Shown here: piece after piece, positions 46,529 through 55,968 of the stretch | How positions within the stretch are numbered: the first letter of the stretch is position 1 | How the letters are laid out: the number at the start of each line of letters is the position of its first letter | Virus record (IMG/VR): IMGVR_UViG_3300042868_002472 | Location: 1 to 57,556 of that record | Reading direction: 5' to 3' (one strand) | Source of the DNA: a virus | Taxonomy: Duplodnaviria > Caudoviricetes | Length of the DNA: 57,556 nucleotides | Notes under the pieces: generated by a model | What the model saw: only the letters and a program-made list of their open reading frames with translations | What the model was told of the DNA's origin: nothing | Databases searched by the model: none | Translations under genes and position numbers: made by a program

Positions 46529-48298
46529 CTATGCGGTTAATTTCTTAAGTTCTCGAAGTTGTGCACCGATTTTCTTGAAGGGATCGGTCCAGTCCCCAAA
46601 ACTCGTCTGTCTAAACAATGTTACGCTATTATACCAAACTGAGGTATTCGTTGGAGGTGCCCATAAATAATAAGGTAACACCGGCACCACAATCCATGTC
46701 TCTACACCCATCGCCGCAGCCAAGTGCGCTACAGACGTACAAGAGGTAATCACTAGGTCACACGATGCAATCGCTTCAGCAGTCTGCTCCCAATGGTCTA
46801 GCGATACTTGTCCAACCCAGTTTGGGCGATACTGTGAACCTTCATCGCGCTGTAGGCTGATAACTTCAGCGTCAACACCCTTTACAGCGTCAAACAATAG
46901 TTGACTTGGGAATACGCGGTGCTGTTCATGCTCAAACTGTGGATTACCTTGCCAGCGTAACCCAATACGGTATTTAGACGATTTCGGTACATTCGGACGC
47001 GGAATGTATGCCTCTCCGCTAACATCCTTGTATTCTAACTCTAAAACCATAGCCGCTGACATAGATGGTAGCCAGAAGTCGTGTACAACGCCGAATAAGG
47101 CTTCATGTTGGATTACTGCGGTGATACCATCAACGTGACGTAGAAGTCCAGCTAGAGGGCCACTACACGCGACGATTACCTTGCATCCACGCTCTAAAAT
47201 GTATTTGACGTACCTTACCCCGTGAATTTGATCTCCAAGACCGCCTTCGAGGTTTAACATGACTACGCCTTGAGATTTTCCATCCCATATAGGCATCGGT
47301 GAGCTAGGAACTGGGTTACCAAATACGCCTTCAATACGACCACGATAAAGTAGTTTTTCGCCATCTAATAAGTTGCCTTTCCACATTTGGTACCAGCCAC
47401 GATTAAACGCAGCCCTGTGGTTCCAAGGCTCGTCCTTCTCAATCTTCTGCGCTAGTCGCCAGCCTTCGTTAAAGTTTCCCATCAAGCCTGCAGACAGTTG
47501 TAAGTCTAGGTCATGGATAGGGCGGTGGCCTGGGCCTTCGTTTAACCAGAAGCGTGGTTGTTGGTAGTCGCGATAGAACACACCAAGCACGTCTTCCGCT
47601 GTGGTTGAGTGTTGGCGTTTAAGCTCTGGCTTAACATCGTGAAGACCTTTAACCTGCCATACCTCTTCGTCGTTCTCTTTTAGGTGATCCGCGTTAATCA
47701 TCGCCAAGTTATAGTCAAACGCTGGGATGTCTAAGAAGGCATGAATGCGGTCTAGCTCTTTCTGTGGGTTATTAAGTAGGTCGTCGTAGTCCACGAATAG
47801 AATGCACTCAGGAGCGAAGCGGTAGCCTGACTCTAGTGTTTGGTATGACTCTTTAACGTGTGAGACTAGCTCACTTGTCCTTAAGAACTCTTCTAGGTTG
47901 TCAGGCTTGGCTACACGCACCATAGACGCTACGCAGTCAGGGATGTTACGAACCGTCGCTATAATCTTAGGCTTGTGACCTAAAACCTTTGCCATCGTTG
48001 GGATGTTGACGTCAGATGCCCAGCCACGCGCTTTGTCTAGGATGATAGACTTGCCTACGTCCTCGTACTTAGATTCGCAGATGTTTCGTAAGATACGCTG
48101 TATCTCAGCTTCCGACTTAGCCTTGTCTGGCGTAGCTTGAACTGACATTGAGTCCGCCCAAGCTCGTAAGGTACCCACTAACATATCTAATAGTCCAGAT
48201 GTCGCAGTCGTGTGAACCTCTGGGTTTTGACTCAAGATTGCAGCTAAGACGGTTGAGCCAGAGCGTGGAAGTCCTGATAAAAAGTATATGTTTTTCAT
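46529..48298 (-). CDS. sulfotransferase fused via a TPR-like linker to a GT9 (heptosyltransferase-like) domain
   Basis: SGLPRSGST 5'-PSB, VRNIPDCVAS 3'-PB and VDYDDL. C-terminal half has GLGDQI, GLRWQGNP and DLVITSCTSVAHLAAAMG. Start MKNIYF at 48298. Confidence 0.8.
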   Translation of the reverse strand: MKNIYFLSGLPRSGSTVLAAILSQNPEVHTTATSGLLDMLVGTLRAWADSMSVQATPDKAKSEAEIQRILRNICESKYEDVGKSIILDKARGWASDVNIPTMAKVLGHKPKIIATVRNIPDCVASMVRVAKPDNLEEFLRTSELVSHVKESYQTLESGYRFAPECILFVDYDDLLNNPQKELDRIHAFLDIPAFDYNLAMINADHLKENDEEVWQVKGLHDVKPELKRQHSTTAEDVLGVFYRDYQQPRFWLNEGPGHRPIHDLDLQLSAGLMGNFNEGWRLAQKIEKDEPWNHRAAFNRGWYQMWKGNLLDGEKLLYRGRIEGVFGNPVPSSPMPIWDGKSQGVVMLNLEGGLGDQIHGVRYVKYILERGCKVIVACSGPLAGLLRHVDGITAVIQHEALFGVVHDFWLPSMSAAMVLELEYKDVSGEAYIPRPNVPKSSKYRIGLRWQGNPQFEHEQHRVFPSQLLFDAVKGVDAEVISLQRDEGSQYRPNWVGQVSLDHWEQTAEAIASCDLVITSCTSVAHLAAAMGVETWIVVPVLPYYLWAPPTNTSVWYNSVTLFRQTSFGDWTDPFKKIGAQLRELKKLTA

Positions 48299-48308
48299 TT
48301 CTCTCTCG

Positions 48309-49445
48309 TTATGATGCAATGCCTATTGTTGCGTAAAAATTATTGTATACTTTACTCCAATTTAAACTACTGCCTATTTGCACGGGAGATGAACGATAAA
48401 CTAAGTCATTCTGACCTAATTGGCCACCGACGCTGTAACCCCAACTCCATAATGAACCATCTGATTTAATAGCATATGAAGCGTTATACCCAGCATTAAT
48501 GGTAGCCCAATTAACTAAAGTTCCTACTTGTACTGGTGAAGAACGATTAACTCTATCATTCAGGCCTAATTGGCCCCCAAGATTTTGCCCCCAAGTCCAT
48601 AATGAACCATCTGTTTTAGTAGCTAATGTAAAATAACCGCCACAAGAAACTTTAGCCCAATTTGTTAACGCACCAACTTGAGTAGGTGAAGAACGATACG
48701 CTATATCGTTTAGGCCTAATTGGCCGCTATCATTCAGACCCCAGCTCCATAGGGTACCATCAGTTTTAATGGCAAATAAATAATAACCACCAAATGATAT
48801 TGAGCTCCAATTAGTTAACGCCCCTACTTGAACAGGAGATGAACGTCTGATTGTATTGCTTTGTCCTAATTGGCCATACGTGTTTTGCCCCCATGCCCAT
48901 AAGGTTCCGTCTGTTTTAATGGCTGCTGATGAATATGCGCCGCATGCCACATTTAACCATGTAGATAATGAACCTATTTGAACAGGCGATGAACGATATC
49001 CCCCTGATACATTCAGACCTAATTGACCCTGATTATTTTTACCCCATGACCATAATGTGCCATCTGTTTTAACGGATAATGCATGATAGTCTCCTAAAGA
49101 AACTAAGCTCCAATTGGTCAATGCACCCACTTGTACTGGAGACGAGCGACTAACTTCATCGTTTTGACCTAATTGGCCATTGCTATTATTACCCCATGAC
49201 CAAATTGTATTATTTTGTTTTGTAGCTATTTCATATGAATTACCAATAGCAGCATTTCGCCATGTTGTATCGGTGCCTACTTGTACTGGTGAAGAACGAT
49301 TAACTCTATCATTCAGGCCTAATTGGCCTAAATTATTTGCACCCCAAGACCATAATCCTACTGGCATTGGTGGGTATGACCATAATCCCTGACCAGCCGC
49401 CTGCATCTGCGCTTGTAGTGTCCACATTCCGCTGTAGTTTGGCAT
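48309..49445 (-). CDS. RCC1/BLIP-II repeat protein, 7 blades
   Basis: 7 RSSP-containing repeats. N-terminal SGMWTL...GLW. Confidence 0.9.
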   Translation of the reverse strand: MPNYSGMWTLQAQMQAAGQGLWSYPPMPVGLWSWGANNLGQLGLNDRVNRSSPVQVGTDTTWRNAAIGNSYEIATKQNNTIWSWGNNSNGQLGQNDEVSRSSPVQVGALTNWSLVSLGDYHALSVKTDGTLWSWGKNNQGQLGLNVSGGYRSSPVQIGSLSTWLNVACGAYSSAAIKTDGTLWAWGQNTYGQLGQSNTIRRSSPVQVGALTNWSSISFGGYYLFAIKTDGTLWSWGLNDSGQLGLNDIAYRSSPTQVGALTNWAKVSCGGYFTLATKTDGSLWTWGQNLGGQLGLNDRVNRSSPVQVGTLVNWATINAGYNASYAIKSDGSLWSWGYSVGGQLGQNDLVYRSSPVQIGSSLNWSKVYNNFYATIGIAS

Positions 49446-49457
49446 TCTTTTGTTTCC

Positions 49458-50840
49458 TTAAGACGAGATGGCTATGGAAAAAATATTATTAGTATCAACA
49501 AGAATCCAAGTAGTAGCGCTCCCAACTTGTACTGGTGATGAACGACTTACTTTATCGTTTTGACCTGTTTGACCATAAATATTATACCCCCAAGACCATA
49601 GCGTTCCATCTGTTTTTATGGCAAGCATTGGGCCTGAAGCTGCTGACTTTGCCCAATTAGTTAAAGCCCCTACTTGTACTGGAGAAGAGCGGTCTACCCT
49701 ATCATTTTGACCTAAAGTACCGTAACTATTTTCTCCCCACGTCCATAATGTTCCGTCTGTTTTAATGGCGGCAATAGAATTACTGCCAGAAACATTTGAC
49801 CAATTAGTTAAAGCTCCAATCTGCACTGGAGAAGAACGATACACCCTATCATTTTGACCTAATTGGCCATTTTGATTTTGGCTCCAACTCCATATAGTTC
49901 CGTCTGTTTTAATAGCAATATTCATTTTTGGAGATATCTTAGACCAATTAGTTAAAGCCCCAACTTGGACTGGAGAGGAGCGATTAACTCTATCATTTTG
50001 CCCTAATTGACCATCATTATTGCTACCCCAAGACCAAAGAGTTCCGTCTGTTTTAGTAGCTACTGTATGATTATAACTAACTGATATATTAGAAGTCCAG
50101 TTTGTTAAGCCACCAACTTGTACTGGGGATGAGCGATTAGCATATGAACCTGCTTGATTTAATCCCAGTTGACCATAACTTCCATTCCCCCATGCCCATA
50201 ATGTACCGTTGGTTTTTACGGCAAGCATAAATTCACCTGAACATATAACGCTAGACCAATTAGTTAATGCTCCTATTTGTACAGGAGATGAACGATTAAC
50301 TAAATCATTTTGACCTAACTGTCCAAAATTATTTCTACCCCAAGCCCAAAGTTTTCCATCTGTTCCCGTAGCAGCTGATTGTTGTGTTCCAGATGATATA
50401 CTTGACCATGTAGTGTCCGCACCAACTTGAGTTGGAGAAGAGCGGTCTACCCTATCATTTTGTCCTAATTGACCATAAGAGTTTTGTCCCCATGTATACA
50501 GCAGTCTAGGCTGAACGGGTGTTCCTGAAGTACCTGTGCTGTAAGGGCCTGGACCGTACGCATTTACCGCACATACTTGAACTGTATATGCCGTTCCATT
50601 AGTCAATCCTGTAATCGTGATTGGAGAAGCAGAGTCTGTTGCTGAAAACAAAACACCAGCGGCTGACTGAGCAATTGCTATATAAGAGGTAATAACTCCA
50701 CCCCCCACATTAGATGGGGCAGTAAAGGCAACAGATACTTGTGCGTTGCCTGCAGTTACAGTTCCTATTGTTGGCGCATTAGGCACCTTCAAAGGGTTAT
50801 ACGAGGCTGTGATGAACCCACCTAAATAGCGCATTGACAT
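49458..50840 (-). CDS. fibronectin-III plus RCC1/BLIP-II repeat protein, 7 blades
   Basis: PNAPTIG...FTAP...ITGLTNGTAYTVQVCAVNAYG FN3 domain, then 7 RSSP repeats. Confidence 0.9.
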   Translation of the reverse strand: MSMRYLGGFITASYNPLKVPNAPTIGTVTAGNAQVSVAFTAPSNVGGGVITSYIAIAQSAAGVLFSATDSASPITITGLTNGTAYTVQVCAVNAYGPGPYSTGTSGTPVQPRLLYTWGQNSYGQLGQNDRVDRSSPTQVGADTTWSSISSGTQQSAATGTDGKLWAWGRNNFGQLGQNDLVNRSSPVQIGALTNWSSVICSGEFMLAVKTNGTLWAWGNGSYGQLGLNQAGSYANRSSPVQVGGLTNWTSNISVSYNHTVATKTDGTLWSWGSNNDGQLGQNDRVNRSSPVQVGALTNWSKISPKMNIAIKTDGTIWSWSQNQNGQLGQNDRVYRSSPVQIGALTNWSNVSGSNSIAAIKTDGTLWTWGENSYGTLGQNDRVDRSSPVQVGALTNWAKSAASGPMLAIKTDGTLWSWGYNIYGQTGQNDKVSRSSPVQVGSATTWILVDTNNIFSIAISS

Positions 50841-50844
50841 ACGA

Positions 50845-51243
50845 TTAACTCGCTATGAGTTCATAACTTATTGAGTATGTAATGCCGCTAGCAGTACCTG
50901 AAGTTACCGTGATTGATGAGCCTTCTTCTAAATAGATAGCCGTTGTTTTATCCGCAACAATTAATGATGCATTAGCAGGCACGGAAATTGTACTTGTAAC
51001 TGGATACGCTGTACCGCCAGAAGGAGCAGAGCCTTGAGCTACCGCGCCGTTAGTGTAGATAGACACCGTTGCGTTTACCGCTGATGAGCCATTCACGTTA
51101 GCAGCCACAATCTGATTAATCTTCATGACTGTACCAGAAGCCGCTGCGTTAGGTAAAAGCACCACAGCAGTCGTTCCACTAGGTGTAAGGTATGTTGTTT
51201 TGCCGTATATACTCGTTACGGCGACGATGTTCGGGGATGCCAT
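50845..51243 (-). CDS. virion structural protein (fibre-associated)
   Basis: MASPNIVAVTSIYG...ISVPANASL...YLEEG...ISYE, beta-sandwich-like. Confidence 0.6.
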   Translation of the reverse strand: MASPNIVAVTSIYGKTTYLTPSGTTAVVLLPNAAASGTVMKINQIVAANVNGSSAVNATVSIYTNGAVAQGSAPSGGTAYPVTSTISVPANASLIVADKTTAIYLEEGSSITVTSGTASGITYSISYELIAS

Positions 51244-51256
51244 GAGTTATTTCTCC

Positions 51257-51763
51257 TTAAAAATGATTGGCGTAAATGCCATGATACTTATTTCTGGCCT
51301 CTACAGCCACCAATTCAGCAAAGTCTAAGTCATTGAAATAACCTATATTTTTGCGTTTTTTATTCTCATCCACGTACACAAACCATTTGTTACTGGCCTT
51401 ATGCCAAGAGACACCTTTTACTCCAGATGTATTGGATGAAAATAATTTTCTATTGCTAGCATTTTGAGCCGTGGTAGCCTCGCGTAAATTTTCAATGCGG
51501 TTATCTATTGTGTCTATGTTTATATGATCTAACTGTTCAGGCCATTTGCCCGTATGCCATAAGTATATAAGCTTATGTACGCAATAATGTTGACCTTTAA
51601 TCTTTGTTGTCACATACCTACGACTTCTAGTTATTTCTTTTGGCTTAGACCCAACAACACGACCAGCATAATTACCATTACCGCCACATGCGTTTTTTCG
51701 CACAAGGTTGCCGTCTTCTCGATAATCGAAAAGCTCTTTAAGCATTTCTTGTGTAATTGTCAT
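51257..51763 (-). CDS. HNH-AP2 homing endonuclease
   Basis: Start MTITQEMLKELFDY. VHKLIY...LDHIN...DNRIENLR HNH domain, then NTSGVKGVSW...IGYF...AR AP2 domain. Confidence 0.88.
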   Translation of the reverse strand: MTITQEMLKELFDYREDGNLVRKNACGGNGNYAGRVVGSKPKEITRSRRYVTTKIKGQHYCVHKLIYLWHTGKWPEQLDHINIDTIDNRIENLREATTAQNASNRKLFSSNTSGVKGVSWHKASNKWFVYVDENKKRKNIGYFNDLDFAELVAVEARNKYHGIYANHF

Positions 51764-51768
51764 ATTTC

Positions 51769-52137
51769 CTATAAACCAAAAATAAGGGAGAAAGCAATAG
51801 CCTGTCCCTTTGATGCACCTGAGGCAGCAGGGGTAGTTGATGCCCAAGTAGTGCCGTCACTCGTTAGAACATTACCAGCGGTACCAGGGGCTACGCCAGC
51901 AGCTAATAACTTACCAGTAGTACCATTATATAACGGTACGGCGTTAGCTGTAGATGAGGCAGGGCCAACAACATCCCCTGATGTACCGCTAGCGATTACA
52001 ACAACGTTTCCGCCAGCGTCCTTAGTATACAGTTTTTTGTCGGTTACGTTAACCGCCAGCTCACCTTGAGTTAACGACCCAGCACCTGGTACTGAACTAG
52101 CGGTGGATGAATTTTTAGTAATAATTGTGACGGCCAT
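51769..52137 (-). CDS. short fibre-associated protein (Mtd-N-like N-terminus)
   Basis: VP...SLTQGELAVNVTDKKLY, GDVVGPASST and GTAGNVLTSDGTTW. Confidence 0.6.
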   Translation of the reverse strand: MAVTIITKNSSTASSVPGAGSLTQGELAVNVTDKKLYTKDAGGNVVVIASGTSGDVVGPASSTANAVPLYNGTTGKLLAAGVAPGTAGNVLTSDGTTWASTTPAASGASKGQAIAFSLIFGL

Positions 52138-54683
52138 TAATAGGTCCCTCCGTTAAGTGTACCCGTACAGTTTGAAATATCACCAGACGAAGGGGTACCT
52201 AGTGCTGGTGTAATAAATGTTGGACTAGTATCATAAACCAATTTGCCCGTACCTGTCGCGCCAGTGCTAGTCACACCTTCAAAAGTAGTATGCCCTGAAG
52301 CAGAAAGTGTAACAGTGCTAACAGATGACAGCCCTGCAAGAGTCGTTGATGTTGCACCTAAGCTAATAGATGTTGAACCAATCGTTACTGCAGAGTTATC
52401 AAGGTTAGTATTAGGGATAGATGCTACATTTTCCCAAGCGGTGTTACCCGCGTTTCTGCGTATTAAGTTACCTGCGGCGGTACTTGTAAAACCTACGTCA
52501 CCTTCATATTGGCCTAGTATACCGCCAAACGATGGTCGAATAAACAATGAACCGTTAGCCGCAGCATGAACTACCGCGCATACTTGTACCTTGGCATTAG
52601 GCGCAGATGGCAGTGTCTTTGTTAATCCACCAGCAACAGTAGGATCATAATAAAGTATTTGACCATCAATCCAAGCCTCTGCCCCACCAGTGGTGTCAAT
52701 ACCACGAACCAAGCCAAAACCAGTTACATATATCCAATCATTTAGCGCACCGCTTTCAGTAGCTACGCCCATGACATATGACGCAGTAGAAGCCGTTAAT
52801 CCTGTAGCTGGAGCGCCTGTCAATCCACCGCTAGAACCAACTGTGCCAGTAAACATAACCACTTGGCCTTCAGTTACTGCGGAAGAGCATTTAATTCTAA
52901 AGTAAGTTTCTTCACCTATTTGCTGAACAGCGTTACCGCCTTCCATAACCAAGCTTAATGTTTGGATGGAATCAGCGTTATCCCAATACAATGTGCCTTG
53001 GGCTGTTGGCAAGGTTGTTGGTGTAATGTCAAACTCAACAGAATTTACGTTACCAACATCACCGTTGTCACTAACAGTAACGGTTGAGTTTTGTAATAGC
53101 TTGCCGGTAGTTAAATTATAACGGGCAATAGCGTTGTCTGTAGCACTTGCTGGACCAACAACATCGCCGCCACCTTTGCTATTAAACGTATTCCAATCGG
53201 TAGAGGTCAAGTAACCATCAACGGATGTTGATGCCGCAGCCATTGAAATAGCTGGTGTAGATCCACCAGATGATACAACGGGCGCGGTGCCTGTGACACT
53301 AGTAACACCACCAGGTGCCGGTGTTTGCCAAGTAGCCGCCGTACCGCTAGTGGCCGTCAACACCTGACCTACTGTAGGGGCCGAAGAGGATGACACGTTA
53401 ACCACGGTCGTGGCTGAGTTTAAGGCGTTTGCCTTAGCTGCCGTACCGGTCGTGTCTTGATTCCAAGTCGGTATCGCACCTGCTAAGTCAGCGTAGGCAA
53501 TACTTACAACACCAGTCTGGCCGTTAACGCTAGTAACCGTATTAGACTGGTCAATCTTCTGCCAAGCTGTGCCATTAAAGATAGCCCAGTCACCCACTTG
53601 CCAATCGGTAATGCCGTTAAGGTTAGTCGTACCTGCCACAGAGACAGCGTAGTAGTAACCGTTAGTGCCGACGCTAGAAGTAAGTGTTGGCGTGTTTGTT
53701 GATGCGTTCCAGGTACCTTGGTACGCCAAGGCGCCAGTGATGGCTGCCGTCGTTGCGCTAGTGATAACACCCTTGGCGTTAACCGTTAAGATAGGTATCG
53801 CTGTAGTTGAACCGTATGTGTTAGCCGACACGCCTGATGCAGGCAAGTCAGCGTTAACCAATGCTCGGTAAGTTGGATCCGCGTCAGCGCCTGAAGTAGG
53901 ACCAGCCCTGACTGTATTAGCAGGGACAGGAGCAACAACCTCAACCGTCGCCCATGATGGCGCACCGCTACCTTGAGAGGCAAGCACCTGGCCAACTGAA
54001 CCCACTGTTGAAATTTGAATGCTTGAACCGTCTGAGTAGGCAATCCCACCAGCAGCCGGGGCAGTTAATGGTGTACCTGTACCACCACGGGTAATATCAA
54101 GGACGCCCTCTGTTTGAGCTAGGTCTGCTAAGTTAATGGCAGGGTGAACGTGATCTTCGCGAGAGCTTACGTTAGCCACACCAGCCGTCGCTAAGCCAAC
54201 AGCTAGTGGCGTTGCACTTGAGAACACGGCATACAGCGTAACGTCGTTGTTTAACGCACCGCCACCTGTTAAACCAGTGCCCGCAATCACTTGACGACTA
54301 GTTGGCACGTAACCAGTAACAGTCACAGAGGCCGTAGTCATCGCTGTTACGCGGCCGTTTGCGTCAACGGTAACAACTGGAATCTCTGTCGTCGTGCCGT
54401 ATGTGCCAGCTGCCACGCCAGTGTTATCTAGCTGAGTAGTACCAATGCCACCAGGTGCTACAGAAATGGTTCTGTTAACGCTTAAGTCGCCGCCGCCTGT
54501 CAAGCCCGTGCCGGCATTAACTTGGCGCGTTGATGGTACACCGGTTACGTTTAATACTGCGTTAACTTGTACCTTGTAGGTTACGCCGTTATTAACATAC
54601 ATCATCCAGCCCGTATTAGACGGAGACGGATCTTCTGGTAACTGCGTAATCGAGGTTGGGACTAAATTACTTGGAATTGTCAT
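52137..54683 (-). CDS. tail fibre protein
   Basis: T/G/S/A-rich. Repeated AGTGLTGGG and GTYG...TVDANGRVT modules, YQGTWNASTNTPTL module, VTSVNGQTG. Confidence 0.8.
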   Translation of the reverse strand: MTIPSNLVPTSITQLPEDPSPSNTGWMMYVNNGVTYKVQVNAVLNVTGVPSTRQVNAGTGLTGGGDLSVNRTISVAPGGIGTTQLDNTGVAAGTYGTTTEIPVVTVDANGRVTAMTTASVTVTGYVPTSRQVIAGTGLTGGGALNNDVTLYAVFSSATPLAVGLATAGVANVSSREDHVHPAINLADLAQTEGVLDITRGGTGTPLTAPAAGGIAYSDGSSIQISTVGSVGQVLASQGSGAPSWATVEVVAPVPANTVRAGPTSGADADPTYRALVNADLPASGVSANTYGSTTAIPILTVNAKGVITSATTAAITGALAYQGTWNASTNTPTLTSSVGTNGYYYAVSVAGTTNLNGITDWQVGDWAIFNGTAWQKIDQSNTVTSVNGQTGVVSIAYADLAGAIPTWNQDTTGTAAKANALNSATTVVNVSSSSAPTVGQVLTATSGTAATWQTPAPGGVTSVTGTAPVVSSGGSTPAISMAAASTSVDGYLTSTDWNTFNSKGGGDVVGPASATDNAIARYNLTTGKLLQNSTVTVSDNGDVGNVNSVEFDITPTTLPTAQGTLYWDNADSIQTLSLVMEGGNAVQQIGEETYFRIKCSSAVTEGQVVMFTGTVGSSGGLTGAPATGLTASTASYVMGVATESGALNDWIYVTGFGLVRGIDTTGGAEAWIDGQILYYDPTVAGGLTKTLPSAPNAKVQVCAVVHAAANGSLFIRPSFGGILGQYEGDVGFTSTAAGNLIRRNAGNTAWENVASIPNTNLDNSAVTIGSTSISLGATSTTLAGLSSVSTVTLSASGHTTFEGVTSTGATGTGKLVYDTSPTFITPALGTPSSGDISNCTGTLNGGTY

Positions 54684-54982
54684 GGGACTAAATACCCCTC
54701 ATTATTTTGTGTAATAATAAACAGATTATCTAGCTCGTTAACTACACCTGCCGGGGATGTATTAAGCGGCAAATCTGGTCGCACAAACGGCAACACAATC
54801 TTATCAGCCGGTCTTGGCGCCAATCTGTATGGATCGTATTGATCCACGTCTTCTTTACAAACCATTAGATTTGGATAGTTAGGATCAGGCATCAACTCCC
54901 CTAGTGGGAACTTGCGGCTACACCTGGCACAGATTGCAATGCCTAGTGTTGAGTTGCCAGAGGTGTCTAAAAACTTAGCCAT
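54680..54982 (-). CDS. conserved hypothetical virion protein (CxxC...C)
   Basis: AICARCSRKF...LMVC...DQYDP...RPD. Confidence 0.6.
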   Translation of the reverse strand: MAKFLDTSGNSTLGIAICARCSRKFPLGELMPDPNYPNLMVCKEDVDQYDPYRLAPRPADKIVLPFVRPDLPLNTSPAGVVNELDNLFIITQNNEGYLVP

Positions 54983-55968
54983 TATCTAGTATAAGGTGCA
55001 ATCCACGGCTGGATAGTGGTAGGGCTACCATCGTTGTCCCCATTCCATGCTGTGTTCATATTAAGTGCTGCCGCTTGGCTTAATGGCACCAATAAATTAG
55101 CGTCAACAACATCAATCTCTTGCGCCAATTTAAACGCCAGTTGTGACACAATCGCTTCGTACCAACGCTGTGGTATGTCTAGCTCTTGTTGTAACGTACC
55201 CACGTCCATGATCTGACGGTGACGCCACACAATCAACTGCGCACCCTCAGCTGCCAAGTTAGGCGCTGGCCATAGATGCAAGATAGGTTGATTGATGTCG
55301 CGTTGAAACCAGTACGTCGTAGGGCGACCGGCAAATATTTGATTGCTCTGTGCCACGTAAGAGTCACGATTTAATACACCAAACGGAATCTCACTTGGCG
55401 TGTTACCAAGGGTAATCACACTATAAGACAGCGTGCCAGAGGTCGCGGTGATTTTAAAGTACTGATACGCAATCGCAGGGTAGATATCAAACCAAGTGAT
55501 TTGCCCAGCTGTAGCGCTAGGCGTTACAGTATCAACCACTGTCCATGTTAAATTGTCATTGGACACAGAAAAGGTAAGTGGAACGGCAGCAGCGCTCCAT
55601 TCAATACCTACTGTACTAACAACCGTGCTTGACGTGAAATTGACCTGATACACTGTTGATGTAGATACGACTGCACCAGTAACTGGTTGCAAGTAACGGT
55701 AGTTAACGTTTAGCACTTCTTCAGTACCTAAAGGCAAAGTGACGTTAGGCTGACCTTCGTAGAACGGCAATATTAATTTTTCAATACACCAAGAGGGAGT
55801 TCTGACTGAGGCCATCTCTGACAAAAGAAGATACAGAACATCAGTTGCGATGCTCTGCATTTCAGCGGTAACACGCTGCGCGGTAATTTTACAGCGACGA
55901 AACGCATGGTCAATCACCTTGTTGGTGTTGAATGTTGTTGCGCTTATTGTCCCAGATACAGCCATCAA
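54982..55968 (-). CDS. head-tail connector/adaptor with an inserted beta-domain
   Basis: IDHAFRRC N-terminus and GRPTTYWFQR...LWPAP...DIPQRWYEAI C-terminus, with a central T/S-rich insert. Confidence 0.6.
   Translation of the reverse strand: MMAVSGTISATTFNTNKVIDHAFRRCKITAQRVTAEMQSIATDVLYLLLSEMASVRTPSWCIEKLILPFYEGQPNVTLPLGTEEVLNVNYRYLQPVTGAVVSTSTVYQVNFTSSTVVSTVGIEWSAAAVPLTFSVSNDNLTWTVVDTVTPSATAGQITWFDIYPAIAYQYFKITATSGTLSYSVITLGNTPSEIPFGVLNRDSYVAQSNQIFAGRPTTYWFQRDINQPILHLWPAPNLAAEGAQLIVWRHRQIMDVGTLQQELDIPQRWYEAIVSQLAFKLAQEIDVVDANLLVPLSQAAALNMNTAWNGDNDGSPTTIQPWIAPYTR

Noticed and set aside
43809-50840. RCC1 DNA repeats as a diversity-generating retroelement or CRISPR array
   Set aside because: There is no reverse transcriptase, no non-coding template repeat, and I noticed no adenine-specific mismatch pattern. 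The repeats are in-frame protein repeats.
51764-51847. N-terminal extension of the HNH-AP2 ORF given in the track
   Set aside because: It overlaps the upstream gene. The AGGA RBS and the family-typical MTITQE start support 51763.
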